Shown: positions 10,528 through 23,665 of the stretch, piece after piece | Numbering within the stretch: position 1 is the stretch's first letter | Layout: every line of letters starts with the position of its first letter | Source: Coniocarpon cinnabarinum | Lineage: Eukaryota | DNA: 32,690 nt | NCBI GenBank assembly: GCA_051942205.1 | Contig: JAVECO010000013.1 | Span: 186,001-218,690, forward strand | Direction: 5' to 3' | Made by a program: the position numbers and the translations under genes | The notes under the pieces: generated by a model | Databases searched by the model: none | What the model was told of the DNA's origin: nothing | The model's input: only the letters and a program-made list of their open reading frames with translations

Positions 10528-12691
10528 TTACACATCACGCGACCGTCTCGCACCCTGATACTGCACAGCCACGTGACTATCCATCATACGTCTAATCTCC
10601 GGCAAAAAGAACGACGCTACCACCGCCGCACCTCCAAACGCAATGCTCACGTAATAGACCTCATGATATGCCTCGGCAAAGCATTGACGTCCTGCATGGA
10701 TCACAGCAGCGACCTTCTCAGGCGTATCGATCGCCGGGAAACTCGGAATCGACGAGCGCAGATTGCCTGAGAGGGCGACGGCAATCTGGCCGAACTCAAC
10801 AGGTGAGAGGACGCCGGCGTCGATGACGACGGGCGCGAGATAGGTGAATACGGCTTTGGTGAAGTTGCGGCGGAGGATATTGTAGTACGCTGCATAGCTG
10901 ATTGCGCCGCCGACGATACGAATGGAAATTGTGAGGGCTGTGATCGTGGCGATGAGGTCGTCAGGACAGATGATGGAGGCGATGATCTGGTTGGGCACAA
11001 TCACCGCGCCGACGCCCAGAGAGGCGAAAGTGACGGCGGCGTAGATGCCGGAGAGATTGTCGAGGTTCCCAGCTGCCATGGCACCGTTGCCTGCGGTCAT
11101 GATGACGCATGCTATGACCATGAGCATTCGTATCCGGCCTTTAAGCACGGACACGGCCACGGAGAAAATGATGCTGCCCCCGATGATGCAAAAGCCGACG
11201 GGCAGACTACCAAGACCGACCTTCATTGGGTCCGGTTGGGTCGAGTCACCTGTGTACTGAACGAAATACTGAATCGGCCAGAAGACGAGGACCGCGAAGA
11301 AATTGGCGCCAGAGACGAAAGTGATGAAACAGATGACGTAGAGCGCTCTGGGGTTCTGCTTGAGCCGGGCAGGAAACATGGGATATGGCACGAACCATAG
11401 TTCCCAGATGACGAAAAGAACGCAAAGCACCGCGCCAAGTGCAATGCAGACTTTGACGTGGTTGTCGCTCCATGCGTACTGGTTTCCAGCCCATGTCAAG
11501 CCTGCAAGGAAGAGCGTTAGACCCCCCGTCGAGAGCAACGCGCCAATGTAATCGAGTCGCTTGGCGATTTGCCATTTCGACAGGCCGCTGGCGTTGGGGC
11601 GCTTTGGAGGAAAGTAAAACGCAGCGGTGAGGATGAGGCCGACCAAGTTCCAGAGCGCGGTCCAGCAGCCGACCCAGCGCCAGGTTGAATGGGCAGTAAT
11701 GAGCTGTGCATAGAGAACAGACGGACAGTAGGGGATGATGGTGATGATGATGCCGCCAATGTAGATGCCGCGTTTCTTCGTAGGTGCACTTTCCCCCGCT
11801 ACGGCGAGTGCAGTCAGCTCGCCAATACCGGCACCCGCACCCATGACAGTTTGGCCACCGATGAACATGTTCATGTCGTAGGCAGTGGCACAGACGATGC
11901 TGCCGACTACACCACAAAGAGCGGCGAACATGGCAATGTTGCGGCGGCCAAAGAGGTCGGACAGCGCTCCCACAAAGGGTGTAACGGTTGCGAGAGGAAT
12001 GAGGTTGCCGAGAGCGATCCAGACGTAGCGGTCTGCTCCGCCGATCGTCTCTTCGATCTGTGGAATGATGCCGCCGAAAAGGTACAGTGGAATTTGGGAC
12101 CCGGTCCACAGAAAGCCCATGGCTACAAAAATCATGAACTTGCGCCAGGTCATCTGGATTGCTTGGTCAGCGCTGTGGTATGCGATGCAACGAATCTGAG
12201 AGAAAAGCTGCACGTACTGGCTCTTCGTGCGTATGGTCTTGCCCATCACCATACGTGCGCAGACCGCCTTTCTCATAGTACGTGTTGTTGCCGGGAACCT
12301 TCGAAACCGTTCGCACCGTGGCCAAGGAATCATCGGTGTCTATGCGCACAGCTGACTCTATCTCTGAAGGTGTCCGCTCCTGACTGACAATCTCTGCATG
12401 AGCGGCATTTGGCCCTTGCATGCCCTGCTCATGATTCGAAAGTGCTTTAACCTCGACATGAGCGGACGGAGGATGTGGCACGACATCTTCTACATCCTTC
12501 TCAGAGGTTGCTCGACTCGGCAGCGAGGATGCCTGTAAAGTACTAGAGGCAGGACTGGACTCCTGAGGCTGAGCAGGAGGGGGTGCTTGATTTCTTCTGA
12601 ACTTCCGGCGAAAGTAATTGGCGACCGGCGCCCATTCTTCTCTGAGATTTTGCGGCGCCGCTCTTGACCCTTGGGGTGGTTGGCTGGCCAT
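10528..12691 (-). CDS. MFS transporter, fungal trichothecene-efflux (TRI12)-like family, 2 exons, about 699 aa
   Basis: Exon 12691-12218, intron 12217-12154 (GTACGT...GCTGAC...CAG), exon 12153-10528. MFS motif A GALSDLFGRR, numerous hydrophobic helices, motifs MGFLWTGSQIPLYLFGG, TWRW, FYFPP, LDYIG. Confidence 0.9.
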
Positions 12692-13614
12692 GCTCAGCGT
12701 TTTGCTATTTGATCTCTGGCCTCTGATCTCTGATCATGAACAAAAGAAAGAACGAGAAGTTAAAGAAACACGAGTAATTAATTTACTACATCCGCATGTA
12801 CATGACTGCCCTGCTCGCCAGGAGTTGCGATTGCAACATGTGGGTGAGAACATCCGGGCATACCTTGAATTGAGACGTGTCGGAAGAACCTCAGCGCATG
12901 GAAGTACAATCGCCGCCGGGAATGACATGTCTTTCAGGTACGGGGGGTGTCCCCGCGCACAATAGGCGGACCAAGGTCCTGGCACAAGAGAGGCCTCGGA
13001 CGGGTCAATCCCTGAGTGCTACGCTGCGCCAGAGCAGCGCTAGTCGAGGAGCTGCCCTGGACATTTATTGAATCTCAATGGACCCAGCGGCAAGGAAGCT
13101 GTGGACCTGGTCTGATTGGCCATGGGGCGAAAGACCAAAGGCAAAGGACGGCCCGCCCGTACTGGCGATTGACCGTGAGATTCAGCTCGGCATGTACGAC
13201 ATAGGAATGTCGTTAGCGAGCCTGAGAAGCAGTACAAAGGTACCTACATGGAACAAGGTGTTGAAAGGCTGAGATAAGGTTGGGTGTTGGGAATCTGGGG
13301 GACTTCAGCCCCCAACTGGATCTTGGCTCGAGGTGTGGCGCGTCATCGTGGGGAATTCAAGGTGGCTCGTGTGCCACAATACCTGTCGTCGGACCGGAGC
13401 TGGTGCACATGGCCTGACTCTGCGTGCAGCCAGGGACGAAACAAGATCCTCGATCTGCTCCATCCTCCCCAAACGCCGCTCCAGACCCAGAGGACCCTGT
13501 CCCTTCAGCCGAGGTGCCTTTTATCTCCTGTCTGCATCGGACAGCATGCCGAGTACCAGTTCTTGCAACGACGGTACCTGCGTATTGTGAGTGTTTGCCG
13601 ACAGTCACAAGCTC

Positions 13615-13644
13615 CCGATGCTCTTCCGATGCTCTTCCGATGCT
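13615..13644. repeat. 11-bp tandem repeat CCGATGCTCTT x about 2.7
   Basis: ccgatgctctt ccgatgctctt ccgatgct read directly. Confidence 0.8.
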
Positions 13645-13933
13645 GTTACTCGAACGATCACCCTTCAGATGTATAAGGTCTAAGCTGTACAAGCCCTGCG
13701 ACGCCTTTTAGCAAGCAATCACTGGGCTTTGGACATCTCCCTGCTTTGGGTATGACCATAGCTCCAGGATGTTGATCTCAACAATTTTCGACCTTGACAA
13801 AGCACGGCTTGCCGATGCATCGCACGTGGTCATTGTGGAAGACAGTGGAATACTCCGTACTCAAACTTTCGTTCATTTTGATCCTGACAGTGTTCTAGAC
13901 TTTGAGTGTCAGTGCTAGTTAGGTCGACCATTT

Positions 13934-15682
13934 CTATGAGAATCCTTTGAATGGTTTTTGCTTCTGCCTGTTATTCCAGTTGAGGGTCTGGGAGAGACTG
14001 TCGATCCAGTCCTCGCCGCCGCGTCCAAGTGGAAGGACAGTGGGAAAGGGATAGCGCGAGGCGGATATTGTCACGTAGTCTCCGGGTCTTAGCTCAACTC
14101 TGTACAGAAGCACGGTCAGCTTGGGCGGTAAAGTCTTTGCAGGAGACATTGGCAGATCTGAATGCTTTCAAACGCACCTCTCTTTGCCGTCAAAGCTCAC
14201 CCAGGAGCTGGCCCGTCCGTCATACGGGACACCAAGTCGCAGCACAACTGTGTCAGGTATCACAATGGGCCTAAACGACAGCGTATGCGCACATATAGCA
14301 GTAACCAGAATGACGGGATTATCAGGGTGGCACAAGGAACCGCCGGCGGCGAGATTGTAGGCGGTCGATCCAGTTGGCGTAGCAACACAGACGCCATCCG
14401 CTTGGACGGTCGTGATGTGATAGTAGTCACCAAAGACCTCAATACTCGACATAGCTACCCAAACCGTTAGCAACCCCCTCTCAACATTCATAAATGTCAC
14501 TCACTCGGGTTCGGTCCTCGATCCAGTACGAGATCGTTCAGGATGATTCTCGTGTTCTCTGGCACGTGTGTCTGGTGATCTTCAGCTCCCTCGCCCACAA
14601 GGTCTTGTACCAGGTCGCCATGCTGGTCACCTTCCCCTCCCTCGTTCTGTGCTCGCATAACCGTTGCCTCCAGTCGCAGACGCAGTGAGACTGTCAGACC
14701 TTCGTGAAAGACTTCTGACAAAGTTTCGCGGAAGCGGCCAAAGTCAAATTTGGTCAAGAATCCAAGCGAGCCAAGTGCAAAAGAGAGTACGGGCGGAACA
14801 ACGTTTTGAAAGAGCCAGGACGCGTACAACACAGTGCCATCACCACCTAGCTGCGAAAAGCGTCAATGACAGCTGATGAACTTCAATGCGTCTTGTGAAG
14901 CTCACCGCAACAATGATGTCAAACATGTGTGGCCTCTCTCTGCAAAGATCATTGTCCCAGTATCTTAGTCTCTCCTTGTATGACGGCTCTTGGTTGGCAA
15001 GAGCGTGCCCGTCGAAGACCTTGTTGTCCTTCAAAGTGTCCTCCACGTAAACATTATAGGCACTTTTACTTTGCTGTTCATTCAGTAGCCACTCAGCAAC
15101 TTCTCTTGTGAGCGCAATCAAGCTCTGATCGTACGCCTTTGTGAGTAGGAACACGTTCTGGATCTTCATCTTCAGGCGATAATTACCCAGGCGCTTTGAC
15201 AATTCTCGTATGCTGAAGGCCATGTCTGATAGCTGCTTCTTGGTGAGCAGCCTTGAAGAGACGTTGGGGCCAGCTCCCTCGGCATGGCCATGAGGGTCCT
15301 TATCGCCTAACTTTGTGGTGTGGGTCTTGTGCGGTGTGGGTGGCTCGTCTCCTTTGAGGCGATCATCTTGAAACAGGCCGTGAACAAGACAGGAGGTGTT
15401 TCGACGCAAGGCATTTGGGCGCTGCTGGTCGCTTGAGAGCGAAGTGCCGTTGACGTTGTCGTCTTGAGCAAAACAGACCTGAATCGTGTGTCAATCGTTG
15501 TTTCAAAGTCGTGGGCCCGACTCTCACGAACCTCGAGCTGCTCATGCGATTGATAAATCCTGTTGTCTTTGTCGTTCTGCATACTATGTCAGCTGCCAGG
15601 AAAAGAGACTTGTGAATGCTGCACGTACCGGATCACTTATATTCTGGTGGTTTTGAAGGGTGAGCTTGTCCTTGTCTGACAT
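13934..15682 (-). CDS. ATP-NAD kinase (Utr1/Yef1-like), 6 exons
   Basis: ATG 15682. Five GT-AG introns join [37 protein letters not shown] (GGDG motif), [65 protein letters not shown] and [10 protein letters not shown]; stop at 13934. Confidence 0.93.
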
Positions 15683-16862
15683 TGTTAGAGAGAGCTATTG
15701 GCGAAGTACCTTTTACGCCGAGAGCTCAGATCATCGCAGGCTTGACCAATACGAGCAACAGCATGAGCGCGTATCAGTGCATAGTGTGGCGGCCCCACCT
15801 GCCCTCAAAGGGCTGATGCATCGTCTTTTACATAGCATGATAACGAGATCCGGCTGTTGCGGATGAGCACTGGTGTATGGGTTTTACGCAGCTGCGGTCC
15901 AATGTGCGATAACTCGTAGGGACCGTGTCAAGGCTACCTCTGTACGGCAAGATGGAGACAATGGCTCATGGAGCAGCTATTTAATTTACATCTTAGACCG
16001 TGGGTAACAATGCTACAGAGATGCTCGACATTCAAGAGCTGGCAAGATAGGACATCAATGCGACAGCATTCCCCTTCATCTCCCTCGAATCATTGGAGGA
16101 AGCTTCTCAGCCTCGCCTCGGAGCTTCGAGTTCAGTCTAAATCTATCACGTGATTTTCTTTGTCCTTGGCGGTATCAACGCTCCAGACGCATCCTTCTGA
16201 ATAGAACTCAAGACATTCTCAATATGCGGGTATGCATTGACGGAAGCCACTTGAAATTCATTAGACGCCCAATATTCTCGCCGCCCGCACTCGAGTCCAA
16301 GGACCGCTTCATGCCACATGCATGAAGCATGCGGCCATGCGGCGTAGCTGGCTCGGGCTCTTCACACAAGTGCCTGTCCATGGGGCTGGCGCCTGGAATT
16401 GAATGTGATGTGACCGTTCGAAAGCCACTGCTGACCGTAGAAATGACTTTGAGAGCCTACGAAGGTGTCGGACACTGCAGGTCGACTCTTGTGGATCATT
16501 AGCAATGGGGAACTCACTGCGGGAGCCCGTCGGCCTCATTTTCCGCCTTGCGCCTCCTGTATCTGCAGGACGTGAGCCTTGAATCACTCATCAATAGCGC
16601 ACGCCCGGAAGCTTGTTTCAAGCATGCAGTTTGTACGAGATGTCACAGCATTTGCTTCCAATGATAAGCCGGCCTGCAAGCGCTCTCACGGCTTGCCGTT
16701 GCCTTGGATGTCGTTCCCTGAGCCATGCATGTGGCACAGCAATCCTGCCTGCTGCGACTGGATACATAATCCTTTGGATCGTTCGACTTACATTTGCTTC
16801 TTATCGTGCATGCCGCAGTAAATACTGGTTCTGCTCGGACCAGGTCAGACTAGGTGGCAGCG

Positions 16863-19800
16863 ATGCTGGAATCAGACATAGACGTGAATAGAGAGCCAAC
16901 ATCTCCAGAGGAGGCGACAAGCATAATTGAGCGAATAGCGGCTCACCTCGGGGACCTTCCTCCGACCATCAAAACTCAATTTGCCGGTCTACCATCAGAA
17001 GGTCGAGACTATGCGTATTGGCTTGCAGACGAGAAAAGGAAGGCGAATGAAAAGTTGATCAAATTGTATGGGCACCTGCAAAGGACGGCCATTGTCCTAA
17101 CTGACAGTATCTACAGGACAGTGAATTCAATCTATGCTGGCGGTTGGCGCTACTTGTATGAACTCATTCAAAACGCCGACGATGCTAGTTACTCTAAAGC
17201 GGCACAATCTGGCGAAAGCTCAAGTTTGACCTTCGCACTATCATCTGAATGCCTTGTCATATCGACAAACGAGGATGGTTTCACTACAGCTAATGTGAGA
17301 GCATTGTGCGCGATAAGTGAGAGCTCAAAGAAGTTATCCGCTGGCGATGAGTCCATTGGAGAAAAAGGCATTGGCTTCAAGTCTGTTTTCAGTGTTGCAC
17401 GTGAAGTGAGTATTCAGTCGGGCCATTGGTCCTTCTGTTTCACAAATGACAAGAAGGATCCGTTGAGCATAATCATACCGCGTCCAGTGAGGCATACGCC
17501 TTTGCAACCTGGGGTGCGAACATGCATTAGGTTGCGATATTTTGATGGCCTTCATCAACAACTTGCTGAGGATTTACAAGCGTTGTCACATAACACTCTG
17601 ATGTTTCTCAAAAAGCTCTCCAAGCTTCAAATCATCGTCGATGGCACACAAAAGCAGAAGAGTCCGAGTGGAACTCGTCAGTTTATTCGTCAACATACTA
17701 CCGTCCCTGAATCTCTACATGCCAGGAACGTGACCCTTCAAGTCTCCATAAACGATTCTGAAGCCACGGTAGAAGAGCGAAAATGGTACTATGTCCACAG
17801 CTGCGGGTATTCAGACTTGCCGAGGGACGAGCGGCGCCACAGCACTCATGCAGAGGTTCAGCTAGCATTTCCCGTAAGTGCAGATGGATTTACGCCGAGT
17901 CTTTCCGGCAGAGGGGAGGAGATGTTCGCTTTTTTGCCGATGTTGTTAGTGCGCCAGATACCGGTAAGCACAGCATAATCACCTCTTGCGAACCGCTGAA
18001 GCCAATAATGATTGCGACTGCAGTTTGCTGTGCACTCTGATTTTATCACAACATCAAGCCGTGAAAACGCGGTTGGGACCAGCTGGAACTTAGCCCTCTT
18101 CGAACGAGTGGCAAGGGCTTTCGTCGATGCTGTGCGATCCTTTGTAACACGGGGCTTAAAATTCGCGTGGCTGGACTACCTCCCGGATACAGACATCGAA
18201 ACTCTATGGTCCGCGTTACCTAGACATATCCTGACATTATTGAGATCTGAAAAGATGCTCGAGCGTTGGATGCATCCTACTTTAGTCACCCCAGACAGAG
18301 TTTACTTGTTGCCAGATTGTTTCATTCACGACAGCAAACCATTGTTCCACGACTCGATCCGTTCTCCAGCATTTTTATCTCCTACATATACTGAAAATTG
18401 CTACACTGAAAAGCTATCGAGACTAGATGTTCGAGAACTGTTGTGGAGCGAAATGTTAGATGAGGTCGAGAGGGACGTTTCCAGCCCTAATTCGAAATTA
18501 AAGTCCACCAAATACGATGATGAATGGTACATCGGATTTGCGCACTTCATCGAGTGTGCTTACGATGTGACCGATCCAGAAGAAGCAAGCTCAATCGACA
18601 AGCGTATATCTCAAATCCAGCTGATTCCACTTTCCAACGGCGACTGGGCAACCCCTTCAGATCGCGTCTACTATCCTTTCGTAGACGGTCAGGAAATACC
18701 AAAAAACCTCGGTCTGCGCCTTGTGGATTCCAAAGCCGTACGGAGCGGGGATCTACGTCGCATGTACGATCTTTTGAGAGTCACCGATTGTGACCCGGAA
18801 GTAATTGTCTCCAGCATCATGAATTTTCAGACTGTCACACCTTGGAAAGGCCGGACGTATGGAATGACGAGAGATCTGAAACTACAATTGAAATTCCTTC
18901 ATTATAGTGGAAAGGTCATTGAAAACAATGACAGCCAAGAGTTGATCTTCGTCACCTCCGCAAACGTCCTGACGCGAGCAAGGAAAGGCCTTTATTTCCC
19001 ATCGCAGGACAAGTTCGATACTCAAAGTTTGCTAAAGGCTGTTTTGTTGTCCACAGCTTCGAGCCCGGGCTCCAACTCAGATGTGATTTTACAAGGCACC
19101 TTCTGCAACAGGTCCGACGCCCGTGACTTCTTCCATGGAAGGACTTGGGAGCAGTGGCTCTCGCAAGTCTGCAATGTGAGGTATTTTCCGCCACTCAAAG
19201 ACCCAGACAACTTGCAGTTACATCCTATCCTCGAGCAGGTCCGCAAGGTGGATTCTGTGCTCTTTCTAGCAATCCTGCAGAAGCACTGGGCCGCCGCGTA
19301 CAGCACAGACGCCCGTCTAGCTGGTAACCAGCTCCTAAGAGATCTTTCAGCTAAACATATACTATGTTCAAATGGAGAGGAATGCACCTTCAACGCGTCC
19401 TATTTTCCTAGCCAGAACCTATCAGCGGTCGCTACGGATCTAGGTATTCGACAGATGATGCCGTTTCTTGAGCTGTCAGAAGAGTCGGCGATTGTGGAGG
19501 ACTGGGAGTTTTTGCCTAAACTCGGTGTACGTTTCGACCCTGATTTGAATTTCTGGCTTCATGCTCTTGCCAGCGTGAAGCAATCAAGCGCGCTTTCGCC
19601 GGACGAGAAGCAGCGCTCAGTCGCGATCGTTTATGAAAACATTGGGAAGATAGCAAACGCAGACAACGCAGCAGTGATTAAGGTATGTAGCGCGAAAGCT
19701 TTTGCAGACTAGCTCTGACTTTTCCAGGACAAATTTCAACAATTACCAGGAATATGCAATCCAAGGAACTCTTCCGACTGGAGAAGTGCGGAAGCGTGTG

Positions 19801-22312
19801 TCTGGGAAGGACACGAGTTCATGAGCTCACTCATCCTGCTACAAGAGCGGTACCGTGGTTCTGAATACATTGCGTCCTTGTTTCAAAATACACTGAAAGT
19901 CCGAAACGCTCATCTAGATGACATTCTAAATGAGCTTGAGTATATCAGAGACAACGAGCTGTGGAAGCGTCCTCAGCAGCTGGGAAAGTGGAACACAGCG
20001 ATTGATCTGATGAGATACATATACGGGACGATTGCGAAGTCTGCTCGTTCTGACAAAGCAAAAGCCAAAGTCAAGTGAGTTGATAGCACAGACGATCTCT
20101 CTACTCGCTGACATCTCTCCAGAGCCAAATTCGAGCAGAAACTCATCTTCGTTGCCAGCTCATGGTTTCGACCTGTGGATTGCGTGTGGGACCTCGCATG
20201 GGCCAACATGGAGACACCGATGATACGGGACATCTATAGCAGCCTGCAGTCTTTCTTTGTGGACGTTGTAGGAGTATCAGTCGCTGATGCCAGCTGGTTG
20301 CTTGAGCAGATTCTTGCCTGCGCTGCCTCGACGACTCCCAACTTGGCCAAGCTCAAAAGTCTCACCATCGAGCTTGGCATCAAATTCGTAACAAACGATA
20401 CTGGAGACGCAGCTGAGTTCGAAAGCCTCCTAGGGCAGCTGAAAACAGCAAGATTCATGCCAGTCAAAAAGAGTGATGGCGGAGTGAGTCTCTGCAGCAT
20501 TCACGATTCGTTCATCATTGGTGATCGGCCTTCCTACGCAACCAAGTTTGCCGCGCATGCCGACATGCTTGATTTCGACGATGAAGAAGTTCGCAAGCTG
20601 CACTGTCTGTTCCTTAAGCTCAACCTTCAGAACGCATATATCTCTACCAAAGTCACGACGACGTCTCGGCCTGTCTCTTCGGAACTCGATGAAGAACGGA
20701 CGGATGACTTCAGAAAGCGGTCTTATGCATTAGCTTGGTAAGCACTGGCGCTTCTCAAGCCTTGAGTGCGGAACTTGCACAAAGCATGTTTTGCATTTTA
20801 GATCATTCGGTACTAACGAACTGCAGTTGTGCCGCGAAATATAAGAGCAACTTGTTCATTGGAGACACGACTACCTATGAGCGCTTACTCATGACGACAG
20901 TCCATACGTCAGATGACCTGCGAACAGAGCTAAGACTCAGGTTGGCAAACGGCAAAAGTGTGACGGCGACGGCAGAGCAGAGTGCCCCAACAATCCAAGG
21001 CACCAGAGGCGGAGACATCATCATATATTTGCCGAACGACCCTAAAGACTTAGATCATCAATATTCCATTTCACTGCCTGGCCTGCTGCGAGAGCTACTT
21101 GGCATCGGGGATCAGGCTGCCGATATCCTTCTCTATCACCTGATCAGGCGCAATCTTCATGAAATATATGGTATCCTTGAGAGTTTTGAAGCGCCATTCT
21201 TGCGATGGCTAGACAGGATTGAACTGCCGGAGCCACCTCAGACAACTCTTGAGACGCAATCAGCCACATCATCGGCAAGCATTGACTCCTCAGATGGATT
21301 TCAGGGTGGCCAAAATGCAACGCCATCCACAGCGAACATTTCGTCCACTTCGGTCCATATCAGCTCCGAAAACACGCGAGAGTACGTGCAGGTCACGGAG
21401 GTTGACGCACGCGTCTCCGCAGGCTTTGCAAGGTCGACATCAACACTCCCCGTCCGACCTCAGCCCGCCCAACTAACCTCAGAAAGCATCGAAGCTGCAT
21501 ATCTGCGTCTTTTGCAGAATGTCCTCAGAGCCGCAAGAGGCGAAGCCCCGTCTGATTCTGGGTCAGGTCTGTTCATCCAAGACTTTCAGACTGCACTTCA
21601 AGGTTTCGATGAGCCGGCCTACCGCAGCAAACTTGGAGCTGCCGGTGAACTTTTTGTAAGTAAATAACCTCCTGATCATGCCAACATTCTTCAAATTCCT
21701 GATGCTCATCTGCTGGTTGCACTAGGTTTATGAAAGCCTTCGTCGGCTCAACTTGCCCGGCTTTGGCTTTGAAAACTGGCCAAGCAAGATCCGACATTAT
21801 GTTACGGTCCTGGACGAATACAAAAACATGCCATCTTTTACAGGCAATGACATGGACATTATGGTGCAGGAGTCAAACACAGACGTTCTTGAGCAATGGC
21901 TTCGGCGGCACAGCCCGGATGAGTTCCCCTCTTCGCTCTCCCGGTCAAACTATCGCGGCAGTATTTTCGGTTATCATGCGCAATCAAACAAGTTGCGCTA
22001 TGAACTGGAAATAAAGAGCACGGGCGGTGCGTGCTCAAATGTCCTGTTCATGTCCCATAACCAATACAATCGGGTCAGTATGCAGCTCCAACCCCGCAGC
22101 AACGACGACATGTTGCTAATAGAAAGTGCAAACAGATGCAAACCCTCAAAAACCCACGCCTTGGTTTTTCTCAAGACGTTTTCGTGCTAGTTCGTGTCTA
22201 TGATCTTTTCACCTGGCAGCCCAAGCTCAAGGTGTTTGTCGATCCGGTACGGCTTAAAGACAGGTCCCTGAAGTTCGAAGGCGCAGCATGGCAGGTGAGG
22301 GTCACTGTGTAG
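16863..22312 (+). CDS. Sacsin/NO VEIN-like protein: N-terminal GHKL (Hsp90-like) ATPase, long repeat-like middle, C-terminal DUF3883-like PD-(D/E)xK nuclease; 8 exons, about 1674 aa
   Basis: Exons 16863-17065, 17117-17963, 18024-19682, 19728-20074, 20123-20737, 20827-21655, 21726-22073, 22136-22312 join in frame (5025 nt) via canonical GT-AG introns. YELIQNADDA, NEDGFTTANVRALC, SIGEKGIGFKSVF, GVRTCIRL, LMFLKKL, FAFLP, FAVHSDFITTSSRE. C-terminus KLGAAGELFVYE...DMDI...YELEIKST...FMSHNQY. Confidence 0.88.
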
Positions 22313-23665
22313 GCATGGACGTTCTCCCTGTCGAACGAGCGAAATACAGCCTAACGGTGCATACTCGTCTCTACCGCAAGGCACTTCACGTCGGACAGCC
22401 GCTTGACGAAGCACCTACAACGATCTCAACAACAATTAAATAAATCTCTGTATCTCTCGCAATCGTATATCTATCCTTTCTAACAGGTACAAGCCCTTCT
22501 TAATCACCGTAACCATCCGTCCCGCTCCTCAAAGACGTGTACGTCTGTACAATCGCCACTCTGTTCTACGCAAACTCACCTAACCCGGCACGTCCTCTTC
22601 AAAGGACACCCTGAATTTCTACATCGTAATCGTCTCCGCCCCATCCAGCATAGACCTCCAAACATCACAGCAGGACTCTGCAATCGCGTTCATGGTTCTT
22701 TCTTGCAGTTCTATTCCTGCCGCTTGTGCGTTGAGCAGCTTGCCCGCCATCCTCTTTTCCTGCCATGGTCTCTCTCACACATTCATACGAGAGCTTAGCA
22801 GCGGGTGGTTGAGTCCGATCGCCCTTTTGCGACGAGTCGGACGCTGCTGATCAGAACGGACGGGGCTTCTCTTTCGGGCAGTCTGCAGTGATGCACGGAG
22901 CAGTCTGGTAATCTCGAGGACCAGTGCGACTGAAGGTTCCTTTTTCTAGTCTTAAGCGTTGTGTGTCCAATTGTCTCGCTGCGTATTCGCTGACCACTGC
23001 ATTGTTTTGACAGAAGTCTTAAGTTGGATAGAACGTCGTGCTCAGAATCCACGGCTGGAGAACTGCACAGCTACACAGCAGACACCCAGCCTCATAGCCA
23101 TCCAAAGTCCATTCCGCTCTTCTGTTTTGAAATGGAGCAGATTGCAGCATTTCAGCTGTATTATCGTGTCAAGATTTGCTATTCAAGCGCTGGATCCTAC
23201 CACAGCACATCCAGGTCATTGTTTCTTTTGACTTTTCTTATATATCGCTATATTACTTGTTACTATAGCTATCTATAGATGTCTATAGATGAGAGAAAGA
23301 TTCAACTTGCTTTACGAACGCGTCACTTCAAAATAGCCGAAGTAGAGTTTTCTAACATAGAATTTATTAAAGAGGCGAAGTCCACCTCACAGTATCCATC
23401 TCAGCCAATGTACTCGACCCGACACCAGCTGCTCGATAGCAAACCACAAACAGTCTTCTTGACACTTCTGAATCACAGAACTCCTCCCTACCATTCTAAA
23501 GCAAAAGACCTTCATTTACATCAGTGCTACCCCTACATCAGGTTCAACGTCCCATCAATTGTTCTCCAAACAAAATGCAGCATCCTCTCTTACTCCAGGC
23601 TTTCCGTTTCATGAAGCCTACATAAAGTCATCCCTGAAGCCTCCTAAAATTGTTGTCAAGCGCAC

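Noticed and set aside
11246..12387. Long overlapping ORFs (287 aa minus off-frame; 232 aa plus) over the MFS gene
   Set aside because: Shadow ORFs expected from GC-rich codon usage of the real gene; Arg/His-rich or featureless translations.
13749..13800. GTATGACCATAG resembling a 5S rRNA 5' end
   Set aside because: Similarity stops after about 12 nt; no internal 5S motifs.
22441..22774. Minus-strand protein-like frame with three stops (22621, 22582, 22531), possible pseudogene
   Set aside because: Three stops in about 110 codons is close to random expectation and no family motif was recognised.
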